DNA of 64,000 bases from Maritimibacter sp. Its GTDB lineage: Bacteria; Pseudomonadota; Alphaproteobacteria; Rhodobacterales; Rhodobacteraceae. A program made the position numbers and the translations under genes. Shown one piece after another: positions 1-10,803 of the stretch (position 1 is the stretch's first letter; each line of letters starts with the position of its first letter). The DNA lies in contig DOUP01000061.1 of assembly GCA_003520545.1 (NCBI GenBank), positions 1,577 to 65,576 of the forward strand, in the 5' to 3' direction. Below the pieces are notes generated by a model, which worked only from the letters and a program-made list of their open reading frames with translations, ran no database searches and was not told the DNA's origin.

Positions 1-212
1 CCGATGTTGGTATGCCCGACCTCCGAATTGCCCATCTGTCCGGTCGGAAGACCCACGTCATTCCCATGCGTGATCAGCGTCGCGTTCGGGCAGATCATCA
101 TCAACTCATCGAACGCCGGCGTCTCCGCCAGGGCGACCGCGTTGTAGTTGGATTCCGCGCGGAGCCCCCAACCGTCCAAAATGCACAGAACAACCGGTTT
201 CGGAGTGGTCAT
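1..212 (-). CDS. gpmI: 2,3-bisphosphoglycerate-independent phosphoglycerate mutase, N-terminal part (runs off the window)
   Basis: Hand translation of the minus strand from ATG at 212: [16 protein letters not shown]...[23 protein letters not shown], the iPGM signature. Not in the ORF track. Confidence 0.95.
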   Translation of the reverse strand, partial: MTTPKPVVLCILDGWGLRAESNYNAVALAETPAFDELMMICPNATLITHGNDVGLPTGQMGNSEVGHTNI

Positions 213-515
213 GGGTCTGCCTCGCTCTTGCTTCCCTTCGTTCTAAAGCGTTCCGTCCAAAACCTGCAACACCGGTTTTGGGCGGGACGCTTTACCAGAC
301 AGAGGTAAAGGCGCAATGCACGAGGGTTTTCGCCGCGGACAGTGACGCCGTGACATGTCGCGACCAACAAACCAAACCGGGTTCATATTTGATTAAGGTT
401 AACGTGCCATCACCGACGGGCGGTACAGGCAGAGGTGCCGATGACCGTGAACGGTGAAGCCCCCCGCGCGTGAGCGGGGGGTGGACCCCAAACCCTGTCC
501 ATTTCATCGTTCCAT

Positions 516-565
516 AAATACCTCGGGGGAAACGTCAGCTCGCTGACGTTGGGGGCAGCGCCCCC
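516..565. repeat. REP-like intergenic palindromic element, copy 1
   Basis: AAATACCTCGGGG + hairpin AACGTCAGC/GCTGACGTT + GGGGCAGCGCCCC; the same flanks recur at 37378-37440. Confidence 0.75.
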
Positions 566-2448
566 TACGCCCTATCCGCCCCGGGACGACGATCGGCCAT
601 AACCGCTTGCGTCCGGCGCAGGAACTCCGCCTCCAGATCGCCCCGCGCCTCCCGTAGCCCCGCGATATAGGCCTGGTTTTCCAGGATCGGCACGGTCGGG
701 TCGTAATTCTCTGCGGCGGTCAGCATGGTTTCACGGTCCATATCCGAGAACAGGCCTGCCACCTCTTCGGACTGCTCCCGCGAATACCCCAACGCCTCGA
801 ACGCGGAGCGTCCCATGCGCAGGCTGCTGTCATAGGTCTCACGGATAATGTCGCGACAGCCCGCCCACCAGAGGTCATAGACATGCGGACGATCCATCGC
901 GCGGGCCAGAACATGCACGTCCGGATGATGCTTCTGCATGTAGCGCACAAGCTCCGTGATCTGGTCCTTGTCGTCGATCGCAATGACCAGAAGCTTCGCC
1001 TCGTCGATCCCGGCTGCGTGCAGCAAATCGGGCCGGGTCGCATCCCCGTAGTAGGCCTGAACCTCGAACCGTTTGAGCATGTCCAGCTGTTTGGCCGAGA
1101 AATCAATGACCGTGGGGGACAGCCCGGCACCGCGCATCATGCGCGCCACGATCCCGCCGACCCGCCCGTGACCCGCGATGATGATCCCGCTTTTCTCTTC
1201 GATATGATCCATATCGCGCCCGTCCGACCCGATGAATTTCGGCGCCATGACGCGTTCGTAAAGGATGAAAAGCGCCGGCGTCAGAAGCATCGACAAGGCG
1301 ACGACAAGCAAAAGCTGGTCCGCCAATGCCTGCGGGATCACGGCGTTCGCCACCGTGAAGGACAGGAGCACGAAACCGAACTCCCCCGCCTGCGCCAGCC
1401 CCAGCGCGAAAAGCCAACGATCCGCGCCGCCCACCTTGAACACGTGGGACAGAACGAAAAGCACCAGCGTTTTCAACAAGATCAACCCCAGCGTCAGCCC
1501 GAGGATCAAAGCGAAGTCGTTCCAAAGCAGTGCGAAGTTGATCCCGGCTCCGACGGTCATGAAAAACAGGCCCAGCAAAAGCCCCCGAAACGGATCAATA
1601 TCGCTCTCCAACTCGTGGCGATATTCGCTGTTCGCCAGCACGACACCGGCAAGGAACGTGCCCAGCGCGGGCGACAGACCCACCAGCGACATGAGTAGCG
1701 CGATCCCGATCACGAACATCAAGGCTGTCGCCACGAACAATTCGCGAAGCTGCGCCGCCGCGATGAACCGAAACACCGGACCGACGAGGTAAATGCCAGC
1801 GACAAGCACCACGCCAATCGCCCCGACCGTTACCGATGCGACACCCCAACCTGGCAGACCTTCGACAAGGCTCAGCCCCGCGCCATGGTCCCCCTCCCCA
1901 CGATCTGCGCCGTGCGAAAGGGTCTCGACCAGCTCCGGCATCGCCAGGAGCGGAATGAGCGCCAGCATCGGGATAACCGCGATGTCCTGGAACAGAAGGA
2001 CCGAGAAACTCGCCTGCCCCCCGTCGCTTTTCATCAACCCCTTCTCGCCCAGCGTCTGGAGCACGATCGCGGTCGAGGAGAGCGCGAGAACCAGCCCGAC
2101 CGCGAGCGCCACGGTCCAGGGTTGGCCAAACAGGATCGCAACGCCCATGACGGCGAGCGTGGTCAGACCCACCTGCCCGCCACCCAGCCCCAAGAGCCGC
2201 GCGCGCATCGACCAGAGCGCTTTCGGCTCCAGCTCCAACCCGACGAGGAACAGCATCATTACCACGCCGAACTCGGCAAAATGCTGGATCGACACCACGT
2301 CCACATGCAGCCACGCGAGGATGGGCGAAATCACGATCCCGGCGATAAGGTATCCCAGAACCGACCCGAGACCGAGCCGCGAGGCAATGGGCACCGCCAT
2401 GACACCGGCGATCAGGAAAACGAATGCCAAGAGTAGAAAATCGGTCAT
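565..2448 (-). CDS. Kef-type K+ efflux system / CPA2 cation:proton antiporter with C-terminal KTN (TrkA-N) domain
   Basis: 627 aa; many TM helices, LGSVLGYLIAG, FRGLLLGLFF, GHGRVG and YYGDATRPDLL motifs of KefB/KefC. Confidence 0.92.
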   Translation of the reverse strand: MTDFLLLAFVFLIAGVMAVPIASRLGLGSVLGYLIAGIVISPILAWLHVDVVSIQHFAEFGVVMMLFLVGLELEPKALWSMRARLLGLGGGQVGLTTLAVMGVAILFGQPWTVALAVGLVLALSSTAIVLQTLGEKGLMKSDGGQASFSVLLFQDIAVIPMLALIPLLAMPELVETLSHGADRGEGDHGAGLSLVEGLPGWGVASVTVGAIGVVLVAGIYLVGPVFRFIAAAQLRELFVATALMFVIGIALLMSLVGLSPALGTFLAGVVLANSEYRHELESDIDPFRGLLLGLFFMTVGAGINFALLWNDFALILGLTLGLILLKTLVLFVLSHVFKVGGADRWLFALGLAQAGEFGFVLLSFTVANAVIPQALADQLLLVVALSMLLTPALFILYERVMAPKFIGSDGRDMDHIEEKSGIIIAGHGRVGGIVARMMRGAGLSPTVIDFSAKQLDMLKRFEVQAYYGDATRPDLLHAAGIDEAKLLVIAIDDKDQITELVRYMQKHHPDVHVLARAMDRPHVYDLWWAGCRDIIRETYDSSLRMGRSAFEALGYSREQSEEVAGLFSDMDRETMLTAAENYDPTVPILENQAYIAGLREARGDLEAEFLRRTQAVMADRRPGADRA

Positions 2449-2514
2449 ATGTCGCCCTCGCGCTGATCCCCGAGGCCACTTTGGGCGACAAAAGCTCCCC
2501 GGTAAAGCGCCGGT

Positions 2515-2985
2515 TCAGACCCGGTGATATGGTGACCCTGCGAGGATCGAGGCCGCGCGGTAGAGTTGCTCGGTCAACATGACGCGGGCCAGCATATGCG
2601 GCCAGACCATCTTGCCGAAGGAAAGCTTGGCATCCGCCTGCGCGCGCAGGTTCGACGCGATGCCGTCCGCACCGCCGATGACGAAAGCCACGTCGCCGCG
2701 ACCCTGGTCGCGCCAGCCGCCCAGTTGATCCGCGAACTCGGGCGAGGTCATCACCTTGCCGCGCTCGTCCAGTGCCACCAGAACGGCCCCGTCGGGAACC
2801 GCCCGTGCCAAAAGGGGCGCCTCGGCTTTCATGCCGCCGCCCTTCTTGTCTTCAACTTCATGGATGGTGAGTGGACCGAGACCCAAGCTCCGCCCGGTGC
2901 GATCGAACCGGGTGACATAGTCGTCGATCAGGTCACGCTCGGGGCCCGCCCGAAGACGACCAACCGCGACGATGTGGACCCGCAT
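2515..2985 (-). CDS. rlmH: 23S rRNA pseudouridine1915 N3-methyltransferase
   Basis: LDERGK, FVIGGADG, WPHMLARVMLTEQLYRA, PYHR motifs; adjacent to rsfS. Confidence 0.97.
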   Translation of the reverse strand: MRVHIVAVGRLRAGPERDLIDDYVTRFDRTGRSLGLGPLTIHEVEDKKGGGMKAEAPLLARAVPDGAVLVALDERGKVMTSPEFADQLGGWRDQGRGDVAFVIGGADGIASNLRAQADAKLSFGKMVWPHMLARVMLTEQLYRAASILAGSPYHRV

Positions 2986-2997
2986 TACGCCCCCAAA

Positions 2998-3414
2998 TCA
3001 GGCTTTGGCGTCCGCCACGACCGGCGGCGTCATCCACATTTTTTCGAGCTGGTAGAACTCCCGCACTTCGGGCCGGAAAACGTGAACGATCACGTCGCCG
3101 GTGTCGATCAGAACCCAATCGCCCTGATCCTTGCCCTCCACCTTGGAGATCACGCCGAACTTCTGTTTGAGCCGGTCGGTGAGTTTCTCCGAGATCGCAG
3201 CCACCTGCCGCGTCGAACGACCCGAGCAGATGACCATCGTGTCGGCCATCGTCGATTTCCCGGCGAGGTCGATGGACACGACCTCTTCCGCCTTGTCGTC
3301 GTCGAGTGAGGTGAGGATTTCCGCGAGCAATTGTTCGCTCGTGTAGCTCTTGGGCGCCATCATGCCGCCCGATCCTGCGGCCGACAATTCGACCGCGTCT
3401 GGATGATAAGACAG
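2998..3414 (-). CDS. rsfS: Ribosome silencing factor (Iojap family); start uncertain (CTG 3414 behind GGAGG, or ATG 3363)
   Basis: DDKAEEVVSIDL, SGRSTRQV, DWVLIDTGDVIVHVFRPEVREFYQLEKMW. Confidence 0.95.
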   Translation of the reverse strand: MSYHPDAVELSAAGSGGMMAPKSYTSEQLLAEILTSLDDDKAEEVVSIDLAGKSTMADTMVICSGRSTRQVAAISEKLTDRLKQKFGVISKVEGKDQGDWVLIDTGDVIVHVFRPEVREFYQLEKMWMTPPVVADAKA

Positions 3415-3492
3415 GACATAGTCCTCCTTCGTTGCACGCTGCATCGTCCCCAGCGCTGGGATATCCTGAAAGTAGCACCCTTTTTGCGATTT

Positions 3493-4977
3493 TCAATTCT
3501 CGCTTTCGTCCGGATCGGCCACTTTTTGCGGATCGTTGAGATGACGCACCTCCCGCTGCGGGAAGGGAATGGAAATGTCGTTCTCCCGGAAGGCGTCCCA
3601 GAGTGCGAGATAAACGTTCCCGCGAATGTTGGTCAGACCCCCGGTCGGATCGTCGATCCAGAACCGCAGGATGTAATCCACCGAGCTGTCGCCGAACCCG
3701 ACGATGTGGCAAACGGGCGGGCGAAACGCCAGCACCCGGTCCACGCTCTGGGCCGCGGCGATGGCGACTTTGCGCACCTTGTGCGGATCGTCTCCATAGG
3801 CGGTGCCAAAGTAAATATCCAATCTTACGAAGGCATTGGTATGGGACCAGTTCACCACTTGCCCGGTAATCAGGTCTTCGTTCGGGATCAGGTATTCCTT
3901 GCCGTCCCGCGTCACCACCGAGACATAGCGCGCGCCCAGTTGCTCGATCCACCCGAAGGTGTCGCCAAGGCTGATCACGTCGCCCGGCTTGATCGACTTG
4001 TCGAGCAGGATGATGACACCGGAGACGAGGTTGGAGACCACTTTTTGCAGACCGAAACCCAGGCCCACACCGATCGCACCGGACAGGAACGCAAGCCCGG
4101 TCAGGTCCACGCCCACGGCCCGCAAGCCGATCCAGATCGCGGCACCGTATAAAATAAGCTGCAAAAACTTGATCACCAGCACCTGCATCGAGGGGCTGAT
4201 GTCTTCGTTCCGCCGGATGCGAGTCGCCGAGTTTTTCGAGATGAAGCGCACGGCGAAGATCAGGGCACCGACGATCGTGGCGGCCTGTACGACCGTCCAA
4301 AGCGACAGACGCATATCACCTGTCGAAATCGCGATACTGTCCAGCAGCCTGACGCTTTCGTCTTCAAGGTTCAGGATCGAAACCGTGACCCACGCCCAAC
4401 CGGCCGCGCGCACGATCCCACGCAGAAAGGCGTTCGCGATGAACCGTGTCAAAAGCGCGATGATCAGCCACGCCAGCGCCAGTTCGGCAATGATCGCCAA
4501 AAGGTATGACCGCGATGGCCAGGTCAGCTCCCGCATGATCCAGACAATCGGCCAGATGATCACGACGAAAAGGATTAGCCGCATCCGCCGTTGCAGGATC
4601 AGGGCAAGCCGGATGCGCCAGGTCGGCCACCCTTCTCGCGTCTTGAGCCAGGCGCGGTAACGCGGAACGAAAATATGCGCGAAGGCAAAGGCAATACCGG
4701 CAACACAGAGCGCGATGATGACCTGGTAAAGGTTCCACGTCCGCATCAGCCCGGTCAGGAAATCCCATGCCTGACCCGCGAGGTCGAGCGCGACCTCTTC
4801 GGGTGCCGGCAGGTTTTCGTTGGGCAGGGAATCCGAGGGGTTCGTGGCCGGTGTGACGTTCGGATCAATGCCCGTCGCCCCGTCCGGAGAGGCCGTGGAC
4901 GCCGCCGAGGACCCATCCCGCGCGGCCTGCGCCTCCGCGGCGCCGGGGTCGGTCGTAGTCTGGTCGTGTGACGCCAT
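3493..4977 (-). CDS. Small-conductance mechanosensitive channel (MscS family)
   Basis: GAIGVGLGFGLQKVVSNLVSG, IKPGDVI, IPN, FGDSS, ISIPFPQREV motifs. Confidence 0.93.
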   Translation of the reverse strand: MASHDQTTTDPGAAEAQAARDGSSAASTASPDGATGIDPNVTPATNPSDSLPNENLPAPEEVALDLAGQAWDFLTGLMRTWNLYQVIIALCVAGIAFAFAHIFVPRYRAWLKTREGWPTWRIRLALILQRRMRLILFVVIIWPIVWIMRELTWPSRSYLLAIIAELALAWLIIALLTRFIANAFLRGIVRAAGWAWVTVSILNLEDESVRLLDSIAISTGDMRLSLWTVVQAATIVGALIFAVRFISKNSATRIRRNEDISPSMQVLVIKFLQLILYGAAIWIGLRAVGVDLTGLAFLSGAIGVGLGFGLQKVVSNLVSGVIILLDKSIKPGDVISLGDTFGWIEQLGARYVSVVTRDGKEYLIPNEDLITGQVVNWSHTNAFVRLDIYFGTAYGDDPHKVRKVAIAAAQSVDRVLAFRPPVCHIVGFGDSSVDYILRFWIDDPTGGLTNIRGNVYLALWDAFRENDISIPFPQREVRHLNDPQKVADPDESEN

Positions 4978-5094
4978 TTCGTCTCCTTTATCAGGAGGTT
5001 GGCAAATTGGAGGGCCTCGGTCCAGTGAATTGGAAGTGAATGCTTCCTTTCCGCCTTCTCTCTGTGGTGCCTCACCTTTGAAAAATGCGGCGTT

Positions 5095-5892
5095 TTAACG
5101 GGTCATGCGCTGGGTCGAGCGGGAATAGATGATCGCTTTTCGTCCGGTGTGTGTCAGGCCGCACGCCATGAGAACCGCACGGGAGGCTGCGTTGTCCGGG
5201 GCCGCGAACTCGGTCGCACCCTTCGCCCCCAATTCGTCCACGGCAACCAGGTTGGCCATCGCATCGACCGTCTTTCCCAACCCGAAACCCCGAAGCTCCG
5301 GGTCCACCGCGACCAGCCCCACCCACGCGATATCGTGAAGCCACGAATAGGCGTTGTGCGTGATCCCGGCAAAGGCCGCCGCGGCAATCGCGCCGTCAGG
5401 TTTTCGCAGGATGACAGGCTTGGCCGGAAACAACTCGCCTGACAGGGCCAGCTTGGAAAACGGCGACACGCCGTGCTCGGACAGGAACGCCTGCATCTCG
5501 TGAAGGCTGGACCAGTCGATCGTCTCGTCCACTTGGCGCGTGATCCCCGCGGGCAACCCGCGCGCCACCATTGGTGTCGACGAGGCGCGAATCTCCTCGG
5601 CCGTGCCGAGGAAAATATCCCAACGATGCGCGACCGGACCCATATCGGCGAGCTGGTCCAGCCCCTCCTGCAACATCTCTTCATCTATGCCCCGCAGGCT
5701 GACGAAGCCCTCCCGCACGAACACCTCGCGGATCTTGTCCCAACCCAGCGTTTCGGGATCATCCGAAGTGAACGCACGGGCATGTCCGACCGCTCCCGGT
5801 GTGTTCATCATCTCTTCGACTTCTGCGTCCCGCCTCTGCTGAAGCAAGCGTGTCGCGTCGTCGCCATAGAATGGATCGTCCGTGTCGTGCAT
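5095..5892 (-). CDS. GNAT-family N-acetyltransferase
   Basis: VAVDPELRGFGLGK acetyl-CoA motif and N..SRAV motif; ATG 5892 preceded by GGGAG. Confidence 0.8.
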   Translation of the reverse strand: MHDTDDPFYGDDATRLLQQRRDAEVEEMMNTPGAVGHARAFTSDDPETLGWDKIREVFVREGFVSLRGIDEEMLQEGLDQLADMGPVAHRWDIFLGTAEEIRASSTPMVARGLPAGITRQVDETIDWSSLHEMQAFLSEHGVSPFSKLALSGELFPAKPVILRKPDGAIAAAAFAGITHNAYSWLHDIAWVGLVAVDPELRGFGLGKTVDAMANLVAVDELGAKGATEFAAPDNAASRAVLMACGLTHTGRKAIIYSRSTQRMTR

Positions 5893-5975
5893 GGCATTCT
5901 CCCGTCGGCCCGACACCAGCGTATCACAGTTTGAAACCCTTGCGAGACTCACCCCAAAGGCGTATCTCACCCGGC

Positions 5976-6062
5976 ATGACACGGATTTTCGATATGGACG
6001 ACCGCGCCCGCCTGCCTTGGCGGTTCTTCGGCGCGACTCTCACGATCCTCGCCCGACTTTGA
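5976..6062 (+). CDS. Putative 28-aa leader peptide upstream of leuC (MTRIFDMDDRARLPWRFFGATLTILARL)
   Basis: ATG lies 7 nt after a TTGCGA-N17-TATCTC promoter-like element (5940-5968); 3 of the last 7 codons are Leu. Confidence 0.5.
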   Translation: MTRIFDMDDRARLPWRFFGATLTILARL

Positions 6063-6127
6063 TCGGTGCGAGTGCCTCCGCACGTCCAACCTTCTGAATC
6101 CACACATTTCCCCTAGGAGAAAACCCC

Positions 6128-7534
6128 ATGGCCGGGAAAACACTCTACGACAAAATCTGGGACGCCCACGTCGCCCATGAAGCCGAAGACGGCACCTGCC
6201 TGCTCTATATCGACCGTCACCTCGTCCACGAAGTGACCTCGCCGCAAGCCTTCGAAGGTCTGCGCATGGCCGGACGCACGGTCCACGCGCCGGACAAAAC
6301 CATCGCCGTGCCGGACCACAACGTGCCCACCACGCTCGATCGGATCGGCGGCGTGATCGAAAACGAAGAAAGCCGTATCCAGGTCGACGCGCTCGACAAG
6401 AATGCCAAGGATTTCGGTGTGCATTACTACCCGGTGTCCGACGTGCGCCAGGGCATCGTGCACATCGTCGGCCCGGAACAGGGTTGGACGCTTCCCGGCA
6501 TGACCGTGGTCTGCGGCGACAGCCACACCGCCACCCACGGCGCTTTTGGTGCGCTGGCCCATGGCATCGGCACCTCCGAGGTCGAACATGTGCTCGCCAC
6601 CCAGACGCTGATCCAGCAGAAGTCCAAGAACATGAAGGTGGAAATCACCGGCAAGCTGAAGCCGGGCGTGACCGCCAAGGACATCACGCTTGCCGTGATC
6701 GGCGAGACAGGCACGGCAGGTGGCACTGGCTACGTGATCGAATACTGCGGCGAAGCGATCCGCGACCTGTCGATGGAAGGCCGCATGACGGTCTGTAACA
6801 TGGCCATCGAAGGCGGCGCGCGCGCCGGCCTGATCGCGCCGGACGAGAAAACCTTCGAGTATGTCAAAGGCCGCCCGCACGCGCCGAAAGCGGCACAGTG
6901 GGAAGCCGCCATGAACTGGTGGAAGACGCTCTACTCGGATGACGACGCCCATTGGGACAAGGTCATCACGCTCAAGGGCGAAGAGATCGAGCCGGTCGTC
7001 ACCTGGGGCACCTCGCCCGAAGACGTGCTGCCGATCTCCGCCGTCGTTCCCGCACCCGAAAGCTTCTCGGGCGGCAAGGTCGACGCGGCCAAACGTGCGC
7101 TCGAATACATGGGTTTGACCGCCGGTCAGAAGCTGACCGACATCGAAATCGACACCGTGTTCATCGGGTCGTGCACCAATGGCCGGATCGAAGACCTGCG
7201 TGCCGCTGCCGAAGTGCTCAAAGGCAAGAAGATCAAGGACGGCCTTCGCGCCATGGTGGTGCCGGGCTCCGGTCTGGTCCGCGCCCAGGCCGAGGAAGAG
7301 GGTATCGCCCAGATCTTCCAGGACGCCGGGTTCGAATGGCGACTGGCCGGGTGCTCCATGTGTCTCGCCATGAACCCCGACCAATTGGCCGAGGGGGAGC
7401 GTTGCGCCTCCACGTCGAACCGGAACTTCGAAGGGCGTCAGGGCTACAAAGGCCGCACGCACCTCGTGTCCCCGGCGATGGCGGCAGCCGCTGCGATCAC
7501 CGGTCACCTGACCGACGTGCGCACGCTTAACTGA
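6128..7534 (+). CDS. leuC: 3-isopropylmalate dehydratase large subunit
   Basis: [48 protein letters not shown]. Confidence 0.99.
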   Translation: MAGKTLYDKIWDAHVAHEAEDGTCLLYIDRHLVHEVTSPQAFEGLRMAGRTVHAPDKTIAVPDHNVPTTLDRIGGVIENEESRIQVDALDKNAKDFGVHYYPVSDVRQGIVHIVGPEQGWTLPGMTVVCGDSHTATHGAFGALAHGIGTSEVEHVLATQTLIQQKSKNMKVEITGKLKPGVTAKDITLAVIGETGTAGGTGYVIEYCGEAIRDLSMEGRMTVCNMAIEGGARAGLIAPDEKTFEYVKGRPHAPKAAQWEAAMNWWKTLYSDDDAHWDKVITLKGEEIEPVVTWGTSPEDVLPISAVVPAPESFSGGKVDAAKRALEYMGLTAGQKLTDIEIDTVFIGSCTNGRIEDLRAAAEVLKGKKIKDGLRAMVVPGSGLVRAQAEEEGIAQIFQDAGFEWRLAGCSMCLAMNPDQLAEGERCASTSNRNFEGRQGYKGRTHLVSPAMAAAAAITGHLTDVRTLN

Positions 7535-7541
7535 TGCCGGA

Positions 7542-7622
7542 GAGAGCCGCGTCTGCACAATCGTCTGCACAAACTGTGCACAGGTTGTGCACACCCGGTG
7601 CATCGCGCCAGTGGCGGCTCTC
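7542..7622. repeat. TGCACA-array intergenic repeat, copy 1, enclosed by the stem GAGAGCCGC/GCGGCTCTC
   Basis: GTCTGCACAATCGTCTGCACAAACTGTGCACAGGTTGTGCACAC; a close copy lies at 47410-47466. Confidence 0.7.
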
Positions 7623-7655
7623 GTTCGTTAACACATCTAGATATGGTATGACCTA

Positions 7656-8261
7656 ATGGAAAAGTACGAAAAATTCACCGGCATCGCCGCCCCCATGCCG
7701 CTCGTCAACATCGACACCGACATGATCATCCCCAAGGTGTTCCTGAAGACGATCAAGCGCTCCGGCCTTGGCGTGAACCTGTTTGACGAGATGCGCTATG
7801 ACCGTCAGGGCAACGAGATCCCCGATTTCGTCCTGAACAAACCGCAGTATCGCGACGCGCAGATCCTCGTCACGGGCGACAACTTCGGCTGCGGCTCCTC
7901 GCGCGAACACGCGCCATGGGCGCTCGCCGATTTCGGGATCAAGTGCATCGTCTCCACGAGCTTTGCCGACATCTTCTACAACAACTGCTTCAAGAACGGC
8001 ATCCTGCCCATCGTTCTGCCGCAGGAAGACGTGGACAAGCTGATGGACGACGCCGAGCGCGGCGCAAATGCCCAGGTGACCGTGGACCTTGAAAACCAGA
8101 CAATCTCCGGCCCCGATGGCGGCGAAATTTCCTTCGAGGTGGACAGCTTCAAGAAACATTGCCTGCTGAACGGTCTCGACGACATCGGCCTCACGATGGA
8201 GAAGAAGGCCTCCATCGACGCGTTCGAGGCGAAGGCTGCCCAGGAACGTCCCTGGGTCTAA
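7656..8261 (+). CDS. leuD: 3-isopropylmalate dehydratase small subunit
   Basis: [46 protein letters not shown]. Confidence 0.99.
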   Translation: MEKYEKFTGIAAPMPLVNIDTDMIIPKVFLKTIKRSGLGVNLFDEMRYDRQGNEIPDFVLNKPQYRDAQILVTGDNFGCGSSREHAPWALADFGIKCIVSTSFADIFYNNCFKNGILPIVLPQEDVDKLMDDAERGANAQVTVDLENQTISGPDGGEISFEVDSFKKHCLLNGLDDIGLTMEKKASIDAFEAKAAQERPWV

Positions 8262-8298
8262 GACTTACGGGCGGGGCACATGCTCCGCCCATTTATGC

Positions 8299-9513
8299 TC
8301 AGGCCAGTTCGCGCCGCAGCCGCGCCATGACCGGAAGCATCAGCACGCTCAGCACGAGACACCAGGTCCCGAACCCGATCCCTTGGATTGGGAAGCTGAT
8401 CCCGGCGTCGATCAGAACGCCGGTGATCCCCGGCCCAATGGCCGTCGAAACCACCATGATGACCGTCTGTAGCGACCGGACTGCACCCAGGTGCCGGGTG
8501 CCGTAGACGCGCCGCAGGAACGCCCCCAGGAAACTCGACGCCGCCCCTTGGGTCATCGCCATCACGCCAAGCACCGCGAACCACATCACATGGTTCTCGG
8601 CAGGCGCGAGGATGAACAGCGACAGGCCCATCGGGAGAAGCAGAATGGGCAACAAACGTTCGGGTCCGAAGCGGTCGCAAGCCCAGCCCGCGATCAGCCC
8701 GAAGGTCACCGACACGGCCGCCCAGATCACATAACCCGGTGCCATTTGAGCCAGCGTCCAACCCTTTGTTTCAGCCACGTTCACCTGCTGGAAGAAGATC
8801 ACAGTTCCGATAAAGGGCGGCGTCAAGAAGAGCGGCACGATGGCATAGAACAGCCAGTGACGCACGAGGTCGCGGCGCATCCAGTGCACACCTCCCAGAC
8901 CCGCGCTCGCCTCTGGCGAAGTTGTGTCGCCGGTGGGTTCCCGGTCCTGCGCGAGCAGAAGCATGAGAAGCGGAAGCACGACGATAAGAAGCGCGCCTGC
9001 TGCCACGCCCCAGGATAGACGCCACCCCAGTGCAGCGATCAGGGCAACGAAGATCATCGGCAGGATTGCCTCCCCGATGGGGTGGCCCAGCGACGCAATC
9101 GCCACCGCCCGACCCCGCGTCGCGACGAACCAACGCCCCATCGACGTAACCGCCATATGCGGCATCATACCCTGCCCACAAAACCGAAGCAGAAACACTG
9201 AAAGCCCCAGCATCACCACGTGCGCCGACAGCGCCATACCGAGGCAGGCAACGCCAAACAGCAGGCAGATGACAATCGCCAGCCGCGACAGCTTCATCGT
9301 ATCCACCAGCGCACCGCGGGAAAACAAAAGCGCCGCCGACGCCAGGGTGGCGATCGTGTAGAGCCCGCCCCAAGCGCCGTTCGACAACCCATGCGCCGCC
9401 CGGATTTCGCCGGCGAAAAGCGAGATGAACCATGTTTGACCGAACGACGAGGCGAAGGTGAGCAGAAGTCCGGTCGCGAGCCACCGGGCATTGGTTGTAA
9501 GAAAGGTAAACAT
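8299..9513 (-). CDS. MFS transporter
   Basis: About 12 hydrophobic segments; SSFGQTWFISLF, LRFCGQG, DRFG motifs; start taken at MFTFL. Confidence 0.88.
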   Translation of the reverse strand: MFTFLTTNARWLATGLLLTFASSFGQTWFISLFAGEIRAAHGLSNGAWGGLYTIATLASAALLFSRGALVDTMKLSRLAIVICLLFGVACLGMALSAHVVMLGLSVFLLRFCGQGMMPHMAVTSMGRWFVATRGRAVAIASLGHPIGEAILPMIFVALIAALGWRLSWGVAAGALLIVVLPLLMLLLAQDREPTGDTTSPEASAGLGGVHWMRRDLVRHWLFYAIVPLFLTPPFIGTVIFFQQVNVAETKGWTLAQMAPGYVIWAAVSVTFGLIAGWACDRFGPERLLPILLLPMGLSLFILAPAENHVMWFAVLGVMAMTQGAASSFLGAFLRRVYGTRHLGAVRSLQTVIMVVSTAIGPGITGVLIDAGISFPIQGIGFGTWCLVLSVLMLPVMARLRRELA

Positions 9514-9700
9514 GCGCTGCGCATACCCCGAGATCGTGGCCGGAGAAAGTCGAATGCGCCTGAGCGCCACAGCACCAGCCGTATCAACCAACCCGACCAA
9601 TTTCCCGGTCAGCTTGGATTCATGGAGAAAAAGGTAGGCATTCGGCACTACATCTTTTAATTGATTTTTGAGGAGTTATGCCGCCTTAGGGTGAATTTCG

Positions 9701-10528
9701 ATGGAACCCAGAACCCTGTTCGAAAGTGAAACACTCCGCGTGGTCATGCGCGAAAACCGACACGCGGACAACGACGACACCCTGTTGTCTTTCACCGGGG
9801 TCGGTTTTGGTTGGCTTGGCAAGGAAGGCCAGGAGCTCGAGTTTTTCGGGTTTGGCCGGGAATATCGAAGAACCCTTTTCATTTTCGACCTGACGCGAAG
9901 CTGGGGAAACGCATTCGACCTTGAGGATCTGGGCGACATCGTCCGTTCCGTTCATGGAACCGGCGACATCACCGCGATCGGCAACAGCATGGGCGGCGCG
10001 CTGGCGATTGCCTCCTCGTCCATCATTCCGATCCGGAAGATCGTCGCGTTCGCACCGCAGTATTCCGTCCACCCCGATATCGTCAAAGACGAGCGCTGGC
10101 AGGAGTATCGCTCCAGGATCACCCAATGGCATCTGCCCGAGCTGGGCAGCAGGCTTTGGTCCAACACTGATACCACCATCATCTATGGCGACTTGGGACG
10201 GGACCGGGAGCATGCGGCGCTCTACCAGGCCGATGGCAAAGCGAAGGTCTTCTTCGCGCCCGGCGCCCACCACACGGTTGCGATGCGGATCAAGAAATGG
10301 GGTTTGCTCGACAAGACCGTCTCGCTCGCGCTGCAAGGCGGCCTCAACGAATTCTGGGTTCGTCGCAAGCTGGATTTCCGACCGTCGTCTGCCAAGCGGT
10401 CTCCTGCCTGGCGCAGGGCTCGAACGGCCAAGTTGCTTGCCTTGGAGGGTTTATGGCACGTACAAAACGATATGTTTGGGCGTGATCGCCGTAGCTTTCA
10501 CGATTACGCCCGGTCGAATTTCCACTAA
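9701..10528 (+). CDS. Hypothetical alpha/beta-hydrolase-fold protein
   Basis: GNSMGG nucleophile elbow, AFAPQY, later Asp/His (D..H, GAHH). Confidence 0.65.
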   Translation: MEPRTLFESETLRVVMRENRHADNDDTLLSFTGVGFGWLGKEGQELEFFGFGREYRRTLFIFDLTRSWGNAFDLEDLGDIVRSVHGTGDITAIGNSMGGALAIASSSIIPIRKIVAFAPQYSVHPDIVKDERWQEYRSRITQWHLPELGSRLWSNTDTTIIYGDLGRDREHAALYQADGKAKVFFAPGAHHTVAMRIKKWGLLDKTVSLALQGGLNEFWVRRKLDFRPSSAKRSPAWRRARTAKLLALEGLWHVQNDMFGRDRRSFHDYARSNFH

Positions 10529-10803
10529 TTCTGTATGTTGTAGGTCTTCCTGAGCGGAGGGCATCATGTTGGTGCCGCCTACAAGCCTGCCTCATTCCTG
10601 CCCCAAGATCGGTGCACAAAAGCACCACATCCCTCCCAAAAGCGCCAAGAATCTTTCCTCTAAACAAAGCGTTGCTTGCAGCAAGACAACGAAGTGGGCA
10701 AGATTATGGCAATGATAAGGCAGGCCGTCACAATCGACGGACCCGGTTTGGAACAAGCAGCGGGACATCGTATCCCGCGCGGCCAGAACGAGGAAATAGG
10801 GCA

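Noticed and set aside
12..308. 98-aa plus-strand ORF
   Set aside because: Antisense shadow of gpmI.
382..403. CtrA-like TTCA-N7-TTAA / TTAAC upstream of gpmI
   Set aside because: Imperfect match with no independent support.
3358..3420. 19-codon uORF (MSCLIIQ...) whose TGA overlaps the rsfS ATGATG
   Set aside because: Its ATG is only 3 nt from the GGAGG; the in-frame CTG at 3414 has better spacing.
6113..7603. Long antisense ORFs (496 aa opposite leuC; similar ones opposite the demethylase, TRAP genes, sulfotransferase and galU)
   Set aside because: Shadow frames expected from high-GC codon bias; the opposite strand carries clearly recognisable proteins.
7551..7607. Short repeats considered as a CRISPR array
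   Set aside because: Units of about 11-12 bp with no unique spacers and no cas genes; no CRISPR array was seen in the window.
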